A DNA stretch of 64,000 bases from Macrostomum lignano (Eukaryota): the NCBI GenBank assembly GCA_002269645.1, contig NIVC01000106.1, positions 496,001 through 560,000 of the forward strand, read 5' to 3'. The notes beneath the pieces are model-generated. The model had not been told where the DNA came from and made no database searches. It saw only the letters and a list, made by a program, of their open reading frames with translations. Both the position numbers and the translations under genes were made by a program. The first letter of the stretch is position 1; every line of letters starts with the position of its first letter. This document shows, in pieces, positions 54,001 through 64,000 of the stretch.

Positions 54001-57000
54001 CTCCAGTGGGGTTATGCCACTCTCCCAGACTCTCCAGTGGGGTTATGCCACCCTCCCAGACTCTCCAGTGGGGTTATGTCACCCTCCCAGACTCTCCAGT
54101 GGGGTTATGTCACCCTCCCAGACTCTCCAGTGGGGTTATGCCACTCTCTCAGACTCTCCAGTGGGGTTATGCCACCCTCCCAGACTCTCCAGTGGCGTTA
54201 TGCCACCCTCCCAGACTCTCCAGTGGGGTTATGTCACCCTCCCAGACTCTCCAGTGGGGTTATGCCACCCTCCCAGACTCTCCAGTGGGGTTATGCCACC
54301 CTCCCAGACTCTCCAGTGGGGTTATGCCACCCTCCCAGACTCTCCAGTGGGGTTATGCCACCCTCCCAGACTCTCCAGTGGGGTTATGCCACCCTCCCAG
54401 ACTCTCCAGTGGGGTTATGCCACCCTCCCAGACTCTCCAGTGGGGTTATGCCACCCTACCAGACTCTCCAGTGGGGTTATGCCACCCTCCCAGACTCTCC
54501 AGTGGGGTTATGCCACTCTCTCAGACTCTCCAGTGGGGTTATGCCACCCTCCCAGACTCTCCAGTGGGGTTATGCCACCCTCCCAGACTCTCCAGTGGGG
54601 TTATGCCACTCTCTCAGACTCTCCAGTGGGGTTATGCCACTCTCCCAGACTCTCCAGTGGGGTTATGCCACTCTCTCAGACTCTCCAGTGGGGTTATGCC
54701 ACCCTCCCAGACTCTCCAGTGGCGTTATGCCACCCTCCCAGACTCTCCAGTGGCGTTATGCCACCCTCCCAGACTCTCCAGTGGGGTTATGCCACTCTCT
54801 CAGACTCTCCAGTGGGGTTATGCCACCCTCCCAGACTCTCCAGTGGCGTTATGCCACCCTCCCAGACTCTCCAGTGGCGTTATGCCACTCTCTCAGACTC
54901 TCCAGTGGGGTTATGCCACTCTCCCAGACTCTCCAGTGGGGTTATGCCACTCTCTCAGACTCTCCAGTGGGGTTATGCCACCCTCCCAGACTCTCCAGTG
55001 GCGTTATGCCACCCTCCCAGACTCTCCAGTGGCGTTATGCCACCCTCCCAGACTCTCCAGTGGGGTTATGCCACTCTCCCAGACTCTCCAGTGGGGTTAT
55101 GCCACCCTCCCAGACTCTCCAGTGGGGTTATGCCACTCTCCCAGACTCTCCAGTGGGGTTATGCCACTCTCCTAGACCCTCCAGTGTGGTTATGCCAATA
55201 TGTAGCACTGACTAATGAGTAATAAATATATAAGAGCGGGATTCTAAATGAATTTTCTATATTAAGCTGCCAAGCCAAAGCCAATTTTTGCTAAAGTCAT
55301 TATCAATTTTAGAGTATTTTTATTATTATCTTACTCGTACATACCATTATTTTATATGATTCATTTGACTCGCTTAGCAAAATTAATCAAACAGTAGTAT
55401 GTTTAGTACATCTGATTCTAAACATGATTAAATGGCTGGCTGTGTTAGACTTTTAATTACTTTTAGTAGGGCTTTTTTGATAGTAGTCGCGTAGATTAGG
55501 ATATTGATCAAAGGATTTTTATAATTTCGACGTTTTTTACTTTCTTCATTATGTTTTCACCCTAATGTCAACAATAGTGCAAGTTGTGTGCATGATAGAT
55601 AGCGTTATGTTTTTAGAATTTCATTTCATAGCATCAAGTTTTTTATATTTAAAATTTGCTTTCAATTTACGTAAATAAGCAATAACGATTTCTGTTAATC
55701 TGCAGTACTTTTTCCTTATCAATACAAAATTTTTCGCAGAAATTTCATTACGTCACAATTGTTTTTTCGCTGTCTTCTAATTCTTACCGGCGCGAAAATT
55801 CCATGACATCGCATGTCTAATTTTTTTCTTAAGGGGAGAAATTTTGTAGACAAAGGAGAGATTGGATAGATAGACAAGGAAGAAATTAGGTAGATAGACA
55901 AGGGAGAGATTGGGTAGATACACAAGGGAGAGATTAGGTAGATAGACAAGGGAGAGATTGGGTAGATAGACAAGTAAGAGATTGGGTAGATAGACAAGGA
56001 AGAGATTGGGTAGATAGACAAGTAAGAGATTGGGTAGATAGACAAGTAAGAGATTGGGTAGACAGACAAGGGAGAGATTGGGTAGATAGACAAGGAAGAG
56101 ATTGGGTAGACAGACAAGGGAGAGATTGGGTAGATAGACAAGGGAGAGATTAGGTAGATAGACAAGGGAGAGATTAGGTAGATAGACAAGGAAGAGATTA
56201 GGTAGATAGACAAGGGAGAGATTAGGTAGATAGACAAAGAAGAGATTGGGTAGATAGACAAGGAAGAGATTGGGTAGATAGACAAGGGAGAGATTAGGTA
56301 GATAGACAAAGAAGAGATTGGGTAGACAGACAAGGAAGAGATTGGGTAGATAGACAAGGGAGAGATTAGGTAGATAGACAAGGAGAGATTAGGTAGATAG
56401 ACAAGGGAGAGATTGGGTAGACAAACAAGGGAGAGATTAGGTAGATAGACAAGGGAGACATTGGGTAGATAGACAAGGGAGAGATTGGGTAGATAGACAA
56501 GGGAGAGATTAGGTAGATAGACAAGGGAGACATTGGGTAGATGACAAGGAAGAGATTGGGAGTTGGAGCTGACAGTCCCAGAAAAACGGCCGCATCGCCC
56601 CTAGCAACCAAGCCTTAGCAACAAGTAAATAAGCTATTCATTTGATCCAATCCTACCTGTCTTGCCCAGGTGATCTCCAAAGACGAGCCAGACTGGCACA
56701 GGGGCAGGACGGCTAGCCTACGCGAAGGCCTCTTCCCGGTGAATTACGTTGAACCGCTGCCTCAGCAGGAGCCAAATCGCCAGATGGTGGTCAACGAGTT
56801 GACTAACAGCGAGAATACCTATTACAACGATCTGTTGGAGGTTTGGAATAAATTTCACGAGCCAATGCTAGAATCTGGACTGCTGACGCAGGACCAGCTG
56901 GATGCCATCTTTCTGAATTGGACCGACCTGATGAACTGCTCCTACAGTCTGCTCATGGCTTTGAAGGTGAGCTGCTTGTTGTTGCGTTGCTTTTTAATGG

Positions 57001-59354
57001 GGAAATCTTTATGGGTTATCGTGTCTGCATAGTTTATCGTGTCTATATAGATTATCGTGTGTCTGTATAGATTATCGTGTGTCTGTATGGATTATCGTGT
57101 GTCTGTATGGATTATCGTGTGTCTGTATGGATTATCGTGTGTCTGTATGGATTATCGTGTGTCTGTATAGATTATCGTGTGTCTATATAGATTATCGTGT
57201 GTCTGTATGGATTATCGTGTGTCTGTATGGATTATCGTGTGTCTATATAGATTATCGTGTGTCTGTATAGATTATCGTGTGTCTGTATGGATTATCGTGT
57301 GTCTGTATGGATTATCGTGTGTCTGTATGGATTATCGTGTGTCTGTATAGATTATCGTGTGTCTGTATGGATTATCGTGTGTCTGTATAGATTATCGTGT
57401 GTCTATATAGATTATCGTGTGTCTGTATGGATTATCGTGTGTTTGTATTGATTATCGTGTGTCTGTATGGATTATCGTGTGTCTGTATGGATTATCGTGT
57501 GTCTGTATGGATTTTCGTGTGTCTGTATGGATTATCGTGTGTCTGTATGGATTATCATGTGTCTGTATGGATTATCGTGTGTCTGTATGGATTATCATGT
57601 GTCTGTATAGATTATCGTGTGTCTGTGTGAATTATCGTGTGTCTGTATGGATTTTCGTGTGTCTGGATGGATTATCGTGTGTCTGTGTGGATTATCCTGT
57701 TTTTTATGGATTATCGTATGTCTGTGTGGATTATCCTGTTTTTTATGGATTATCGTGTGTCTATATGGATTATCATGTGTCTGTATGAATTATCGTGTGT
57801 CTGGATGCATTATTGTGTGTCTATATGGATTATCGTGTGTCTGTATGGATTATAGTGTGTCTGTGGATTATCGTGTGTCTGTAGGGATTATCGTGTGTTT
57901 GTATGGATTATCATGTGTCTGTATGGATTATCGTGTCTGCATAGATTATCGTGTATCTATGGATTATCGTGTGTCTGTATGGATTATGTGTCTGTGTGGT
58001 TTATCGTGTGTCTGTGTGGATTATGTGTCTGTGTGGATTATCGTGTGTCTGTATGGATTATCGTGTGTCTATATGGATTATCGGACTAGCATTTTACCAA
58101 ACTATACAAACTTGATCAGGTACGCAAAGAGGGCGGCACAGACGCCATCGGTGACATCATGCTGCAGCACCTGCCCCAGCTCACCTGCTACGTCAGATTC
58201 TGCGGCAGGCAGAGCGCGGCTACTCAACTGCTCACTCAACGGATTAACTCCGTGCCCGAGCTCGCCCAACTAGTTCGCCACTGCGAGCAGCAGACCTCTA
58301 GCGGCAAGCTGATGGGTTTAATTCAATATTTTGTTAAGCCTATGCAAAGAATCACTCGCTATCCGCTGCTGATTGAGAAGCTGCTCAAAGCTACGCTCGA
58401 GTCGCATCCGGACAGGGGCAGTCTGCAGGAGGCTCTGGATGAGGCTAAGAAGCTGTGCCAGACTGTCAATGAGAGCGTGCGAGAGACTGAGAACTCTGGT
58501 CGCTTGGAGTGGTGCCAGGTGAGTGCGGGGCCTTGCTGGTCTGGTGAGTGAGCCACTAAGTCACTGAGTGAGTGAATGAGGCAGCGAGTGAGTGAATGAG
58601 GGAGTGAGTGAGTGAATGAATGAATGAGGGAGCGAGTTAGTGAGTGAGTGAGGGAGCGAGTTAGTGAGTGAGTGAGGGAGCGAGTTAGTGAGTGAGGGAG
58701 GGAGCGAGTTAGTGAGTGAATGAGGGAGCGAGTGAGTGAATGAGGGAGCGAGTGAGTGAATGAGGGAGCCGAGTGAGTGAGTGAATGAAGTAGCGACTAG
58801 TAACACTTGCCACAGTTTGACTGACAGATTAAGCAGATGTGCATTCATCTATACTCAAAAACAAACCAAACTCCCAGGAGCACGTGATCTGCGAAGGCCT
58901 GTCGGAGAAGCTGGTGTTCAACTCGCAGACCAACTGCCTCGGCCAGCGCCGCCTAGTGCACTGGGGCACCCTGTTCAAGCACAAGGGCGGCAAAGAGCTT
59001 GTGGTGTTTTTATTCAACGATTTCCTACTGCTAACAGTGCCAGTCTTCAACACCCAGGGCCGGCCGTTTGTGTTCCCTCGCTGGCTCTGGACGGCAATGC
59101 CGCGTCAGCTTCAGAAGACGATCAACTGGCCAACAGTCAGAAGCAGAAATACCGAATGTACAAGAGGCCGATTATACTGAACGATCTGATGACTGTACCA
59201 GAGCCAGATCGGGACAGCGGGGCGGAGCCGCCGCTGCTCTGCATTCGGGTGCTGCCTAACGAGGACTGGGTGTTCCGCTGTCAGAGTGCTCAAGATCGGG
59301 ACAGGTGGAAAGATCGACTAACCAAAACTGCTAAGGAATATCACAATGCTACTG
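43565..59354 (+). CDS. ITSN: Long-form intersectin: EH-EH-coiled coil-5xSH3-DH-PH; 3' end (C2?) outside the window
   Basis: Exons 43565-43801, 44771-45073, 45635-46069, 46472-46882, 47228-47388, 48129-48869, 49791-50428, 51224-51969, 56670-56966, 58120-58518, 58878-59354. Motifs: EH ([14 protein letters not shown]; [14 protein letters not shown]), E/R/Q coiled coil, five SH3 (e.g. [21 protein letters not shown]; GLFPVNYVE), DH ([16 protein letters not shown]; [17 protein letters not shown]), PH ([11 protein letters not shown]; [13 protein letters not shown]). Phases are consistent except for a frame break inside the last exon. Confidence 0.93.
43845..44702 (+). repeat. G-rich ~40-bp higher-order tandem repeat, ITSN intron 1
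   Basis: Recurring GGCGGCTCTTTGAAGTTCTAGGCGGGAGTGGGGTGGG variants. Confidence 0.88.
47540..48075 (+). repeat. 24-bp minisatellite (GATTGCAGATTGCTACACAGATTA), ITSN intron 5
   Basis: Direct reading. Confidence 0.95.
48905..49722 (+). repeat. 20-bp minisatellite (TACTCAGATAGACACTTAGG), ITSN intron 6
   Basis: Direct reading. Confidence 0.96.
50455..51105 (+). repeat. (TCTG/CCTG)n microsatellite, ITSN intron 7
   Basis: Direct reading; starts about 30 nt after the GT at 50429. Confidence 0.96.
52240..52430 (+). repeat. 28-bp tandem repeat (GAGTGCCATTTCCAGAGTGACATTATGG), ITSN intron 8
   Basis: Direct reading. Confidence 0.85.
53055..55190 (+). repeat. 31-bp minisatellite (GCCACCCTCCCAGACTCTCCAGTGGGGTTAT), roughly 69 copies, ITSN intron 8
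   Basis: The 31-aa periodicity of all three overlapping ORFs equals 3 x 31 nt. Confidence 0.97.
55852..56560 (+). repeat. 24-bp purine-rich minisatellite (GGGAGAGATTGGGTAGATAGACAA), ITSN intron 8
   Basis: Direct reading. Confidence 0.95.
57020..58082 (+). repeat. 20-bp minisatellite (GGATTATCGTGTGTCTGTAT), ITSN intron 9
   Basis: Direct reading; homogeneous at the left end, degenerate at the right. Confidence 0.95.
58545..58790 (+). repeat. (GAGT)-based repeat rich in GTGAGT, ITSN intron 10
   Basis: Direct reading. Confidence 0.9.
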
Positions 59355-60050
59355 GTGAGTAGTGCTGTGTGTTAAAGTAACAGAGGATAAATTTGCTTTT
59401 TTTGTCTTGTGCAATACATCTTACTTATGTATATTTAGTTTTTCCCTATCACTTGTTTCACTGCTCACGACCGTGATACCATATTTTTCATAAATTAAAT
59501 CGTATCTCCTTATCATCTGCTCAGCTCACCTTATTTTTCCTTTCCTTTCTTCTCTTCTCTTTTCCCCATCGCTTCACCCCTCTCATCATTGCCTCTTATC
59601 CCTTATCCCCTCTTATCCCTTCTTATCCCCTCTTATCCCCTCTTATCCCCTCTCATCCCCTCTTATTCCCTCTCATCCCTATCATTCCCTCTTATCTCTT
59701 CTTATCCCCTCTCATTCCTTCGCATCTCTTTTTATACCCTCTCATCCCTTCGTATCCCCTTTTATCCCCTCTCATCCCTTCGCATCCCCTTTTGTCCCTC
59801 TCATTCCTTCGCATCCCATTTTATCCCCTCTCATCCCTTCGCATCCCCTTTTATTCCCTCATTCCTTCGCATCCCCTTTTATCCCCTCTCATTCCTTCGC
59901 ATCCCATTTTATCCCCTCTCATCCCTTCGCATCCCTTTTGTCCCTCTCATCCCTTTGCATCCCATTTTATCCCCTTTCATCCCTTCGCATCCCCTCTCAT
60001 TCACTCATCCCCTTGCATCTCATCCCCTCTTATCCCTTTTCATACCCTCT

Positions 60051-61343
60051 GTTGTTGTTAAACGAGGGTGGGTAGCCAGGGGCTCCCGCGGATCAGCCCA
60101 GAGAAGGGCTCTGCCGCTGAGTATAGGGGGCACATCTACCAGTGGGCATATAGCCCGAGCAGCCCAGATTGGGACCTGACGTCATGGCCAGGGAGAGAGC
60201 ACTAATTGGGGCTACTAGCTCAAGCCTATGGACTAAGACACCGCCAACCCAGAAGTGGAATCAAGGACAGTGCTAAGACCGAGTCCACCCAAGCCACCAC
60301 CCAGCAGACAAATCCCGGGAGTGCGCAAAAAAAAGATTGGAAAAGCATTGGATACTACTGAAAGCGGTCCGAGAGCGGGGAAACCCCGAAGTCTACGGAA
60401 ATGGCTTGCATTAATTGGAGTGAGTCTGGGAGGCTTGTTTCCGAGGACGAGTCTCCTGTCCAGCTCTAATTTGGAGGCCAGGCCAAGGGGTCGGGAAGGG
60501 GCACAAGGAGCAAGAGGACCCGGACTCAGCCGGTATCCCAGATTCGGGACGAACATCAACCCCAGGACTCCAATCCACTGTCAGAGATGAGAGCCGAGAC
60601 ACAAGGGCAGGGAACTTCCAGAGGAGCCAGCAGGATGGACCGGGGAAAGCAGGATGGACCGGGCAGGGAGGGCAGAGCTCATAACTCCAGAATTTTGGCG
60701 CGGAATTCAAAGGCCTTACATTAATAAAAGCACAAAGGGGATAAAAACAATGGGAGGAGCACCTGAACCCTAAACCCGGGGCTCAGCCTCAGGGCTGGCA
60801 TGCTAACTGGGCTCTACCGTACACCTTTGTGAATGGTCATTTTCTTTCCTGCAGGGCGGGTGCGACCGGGGAGCTCAAGTCCCGTTCTAAGCCACACTGC
60901 AGTCCAGAGTACGCACTCACTCCAGGTACACCCCCACCTAACCAAGGCCCAGGGCCGAAATAATTGGAAAGAAAAAATAGGGTTATTTTTAGATGAGTAC
61001 ACATGCTTGGGCGCAACCTTGGGATTCACTCGGCCGTTTCTATTGGCAACACACACATGTAAGTCGCTATTGGACGGAATAGTAGTCACGTGACTGCTCT
61101 CAGCCAATAGCGACTTACATGTGTGTGTTGCCAATAGAAACGGCCGGGTGATTCCCAAAGTTGCGCATGTACAGTCAGTGACTGTACATACGTACATACG
61201 TACATGCGTACTGTACATCACCTCCGGTGAGGACTCTAATTTGATTGGGCTAGCGAGTGCTAGGCCAATTGGATTGCGCACAACCCGAGAAATGCCGCCA
61301 GAGAGGCAGCCAGGGTAAAAACAGTCAGAGACCGTCTTTACCG
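60051..61343. mobile_element. 1293-bp non-coding insertion with an 11-bp TSD; probably a non-autonomous non-LTR-type element
   Basis: TCATACCCTCT direct repeat at 60040-60050 and 61344-61354. GTTGTTGTT at the left end would be an (AAC)n tail if the element is on the minus strand. No recognisable ORF. Confidence 0.7.
61011..61166. other. Long inverted repeat (63-bp arms, 30-nt loop)
   Basis: Arms 61011-61073 and 61104-61166 differ at 3 positions; the loop contains AGTCACGTGACT. Confidence 0.95.
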
Positions 61344-61615
61344 TCATACCCTCTTTCCCTCTCATCCCCTCTCATCCCCTCTTCCCCTCTCACTCCCTCA
61401 TTCGTTCCCTTTTCTTATATCCTTAAAGTCTTTGTGTGTATCCTGAGCTTCGCATAGCGAGTAGTGCATTGCAGTGTTTTGCATATACAATATTATTTAC
61501 GGGATTTTGTTGGAAAAAAATTGCTTCTCAAACAGCGCTTTGCACTGCCTAGTAACAAGTGACCAATCGTATTTATTTTGTTGATTTGACTTGTTTTCTC
61601 TTTTTTTAATTCCAG

Positions 61616-61624
61616 GAAGATTTG
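61616..61624 (+). other. Candidate 9-nt ITSN microexon (GAAGATTTG)
   Basis: Long polypyrimidine tract + TTCCAG before it and GTAAGA after it; it preserves the phase-1 junction left by exon 58878-59354. Confidence 0.45.
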
Positions 61625-62009
61625 GTAAGACATTTTGGCAGTTTGCTTAGCTCTTTGGCACTAGGAAATTCAAACTTTTCATTTAAATTCAAATTTCTAT
61701 AATTCTACTTGGTTAAGTTGAAGTCATTTTTATTAATTTTTACAGATTTGAACGATTTTAATTTTATAAATTTATAAATCCAAAAGTTCAGATAAGATTA
61801 TAAATTATTAGAGACTTGTGATGAATGGTTAATTATGCTCTCCGTGATTTATTTGATGCTTTTGTCCTTTTCCTGTCCGCATCTTTGTTAGACTTTCTGA
61901 CACGCTTTTGTCCTATCAGAATCCGTGAAATTTATCTATAAATCTGTAAATTTATGACAAAATCTTCTACATTTTCTCAACACAGTCTTTGAGTTTCTTA
62001 GCACAAATC

Positions 62010-64000
62010 CTGGTGCTCCCATCTGACTGCTTGTGATCCCATTCTTCCCCAAATAGGATTTTGATCAGTAGCTCCCATCTGACTGCTTGTGATCCCATTC
62101 TTCTCCAAATGGGATTTTGATCAGTAGCTCCCATCTGACTGCTTGTGATCCCATTCTTCTCCAAATGGGATTTTGATCAGTAGCTCCCATCTGACTGCTT
62201 GTGATCCCATTCTTCTCCAAATAGGATTTTGATCAGTAGCTCCCATCTGACTGCTTGTGATCCCATTCTTCCCCAAATAGGATTTTGATCAGTAGCTCCC
62301 ATCTGACTGCTTGTGATCCCATTCTTCCCCAAATAGGATTTTGATCAGTAGCTCCTATCTGACTGCTTGTGATCCCATTCTTCCCCAAATAGGATTTTGA
62401 TCAGTAGCTCCCATCTGACTGCTTGTGATCCCATTCTTCCCCAAATAGGATTTTGATCAGTAGCTCCCATCTGACTGCTTGTGATCCCATTCTTCCCCAA
62501 ATAGGATTTTGATCAGTAGCTCCCATCTGACTGCTTGTGATCCCATTCTTCTCCAAATGGGATTTTGATCAGTAGCTCCCATCTGACTGCTTGTGATCCC
62601 ATTCTTCTCCAAATGGGATTTCAATCAGTAGCTCCCATCTGACTGCTTGTGATCCCATTCTTCTCCAAATAGGATTTCAATCAGTAGCTCCCATATGACT
62701 GCTTGTGATCCCATTCTTCCCCGAATGGGATTTCAATCAGTAGCTCCAATATGAATGCTTGTGATCCCATTCTTCCCCAAATGGGATTTCAATCAGTAGC
62801 TCTAATAGGAATGCTTGTGATCCCATTCTTCTCCAAATGGGATTTCAAGTAGCTCCCATATGAATTATAATCACATTCTTCCCCAAATGGGATTTCAATC
62901 AGTAGCTCCCATATGACTGCTTGTGATCCCATTCTTCCCCAAATGGGATTTCAATCAGTAGCTCCCATATGACTGCTTGTGATCCCATTCTTCCCCAAAT
63001 GGGATTTCAATCAGTAGCTCCCATCTGACTGCTTGTGATCCCATTCTTCCCCAAATGGGATTTCAATCAGTAGCTCCCATATGACTGCTTGTGATCCCAT
63101 TCTTCCCCAAATGCGATTTCAATCAGTAGCTCCAATATGAATGCTTGTGATCCCATTCTTCTCCAAATGGGATTTCAAGTAGCTCCCATATGAATTATAA
63201 TCACATTCTTCCCCAAATGGGATTTCAATCAGTAGCTCCCATCTGACTGCTTGTGATCCCATTCTTCCCCAAATGGGATTTCAATCAGTAGCTCCCATCT
63301 GACTGCTTGTGATCCCATTCTTCCCCAAATGGGATTTCAATCAGTAGCTCCCATCTGACTGCTTGTGATCCCATTCTTCTCCAAATAGGATTTCAATCAG
63401 TAGCTCCCATATGACTGCTTGTGATTCCATTCTTCTCCAAATGGGATTTCAATCAGTAGCTCCCATATGACTGCTTGTGATCCCATTCTTCCCCGAATGG
63501 GATTTCAATCAGTAGCTCCAATATGAATGCTTGTGATCCCATTCTTCCCCAAATGGGATTTCAATCAGTAGCTCCAATATGAATGCTTGTGATCCCATTC
63601 TTCCCCAAATGGGATTTCAATCAGTAGCTCCCATATGACTGCTTGTGATCCCATTCTTCCCAAATGGGATTTCAATCAGTAGCTCCAATATGAATGCTTG
63701 TGATCCCATTCTTCCCCAAATGGGATTTCAATCAGTAGCTCCCAAATGACTGCTTGTGATCCCATTCTTCCCCAAATGGGATTTCAATCAGTAGCTCCAA
63801 TATGAATGCTTGTGATCCCATTCTTCTCCAAATGGGATTTCAAGTAGCTCCCATATGAATTATAATCACATTCTTCCCCAAATGGGATTTCAATCAGTAG
63901 CTCCCATCTGACTGCTTGTGATCCCATTCTTCCCCAAATGGGATTTTGATCAGTAGCTCCCATCTGACTGCTTGTGATCCCATTCTTCTCCAAATGGGAT
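62010..64000 (+). repeat. 56-bp satellite/minisatellite, continuing past the window edge
   Basis: Period read at 62041/62097; unit GATCCCATTCTTCCCCAAATGGGATTTCAATCAGTAGCTCCCATATGACTGCTTGT. Confidence 0.96.

Larger units (their letters stand above)
59570..61410 (+). repeat. CT-rich tandem array (ATCCCCTCTC-like) interrupted by the 60051-61343 insertion
   Basis: The array reads 59570-60050 and resumes at 61344. Confidence 0.85.

Noticed and set aside
53019-55222. Three 710-727 aa ORFs
   Set aside because: They are translations of a 31-bp array whose unit happens to lack stops in all three + frames. They lie in an intron that splits an SH3 domain. A stop-free 31-mer is not improbable.
62010-64000. 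CRISPR-like array (palindromic repeat units)
   Set aside because: Units are head-to-tail with no unique spacers, there are no cas genes, and the context is eukaryotic. The same applies to every other array here.

Overview
Eukaryotic (animal) genomic DNA, not prokaryotic. GC-rich exons rich in poly-Ala/Gln, (GACA)n-filled introns and dense minisatellites suggest a repeat-rich invertebrate such as the flatworm Macrostomum (inference only). Four spliced genes can be built by hand. (1) A minus-strand ankyrin-repeat gene with seven near-identical 216-bp units whose variation clusters at the binding surface. (2) A 9-exon FAM135-like lipase-domain gene. (3) A 2-exon Na+/K+-ATPase beta subunit. (4) A long-form intersectin (2 EH, coiled coil, 5 SH3, DH, PH) running off the right end, with a frame break in its PH exon. 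Mobile DNA includes a 5'-truncated RTE-type LINE with an open RT frame, an apparently intact Chapaev-type (RAG1/Transib-related) DNA transposon with 125-bp TIRs and a 4-bp TSD, a deleted DD34D mariner, a Tc1-like MITE, two tRNA-derived SINE families and a 1.3-kb TSD-flanked insert carrying a long hairpin. The main unexplained structure is that 19 of the 20 predicted introns of the three plus-strand genes hold their own tandem array. Some arrays are built from splice-site-like motifs, and all three (TCTG)n tracts lie on the host gene's sense strand about 25-30 nt after a 5' splice site. Long ORFs in the supplied track that lie over these arrays are artefacts. Gene models are hand-derived from GT/AG sites, phase arithmetic and remembered family motifs; no database search was run.
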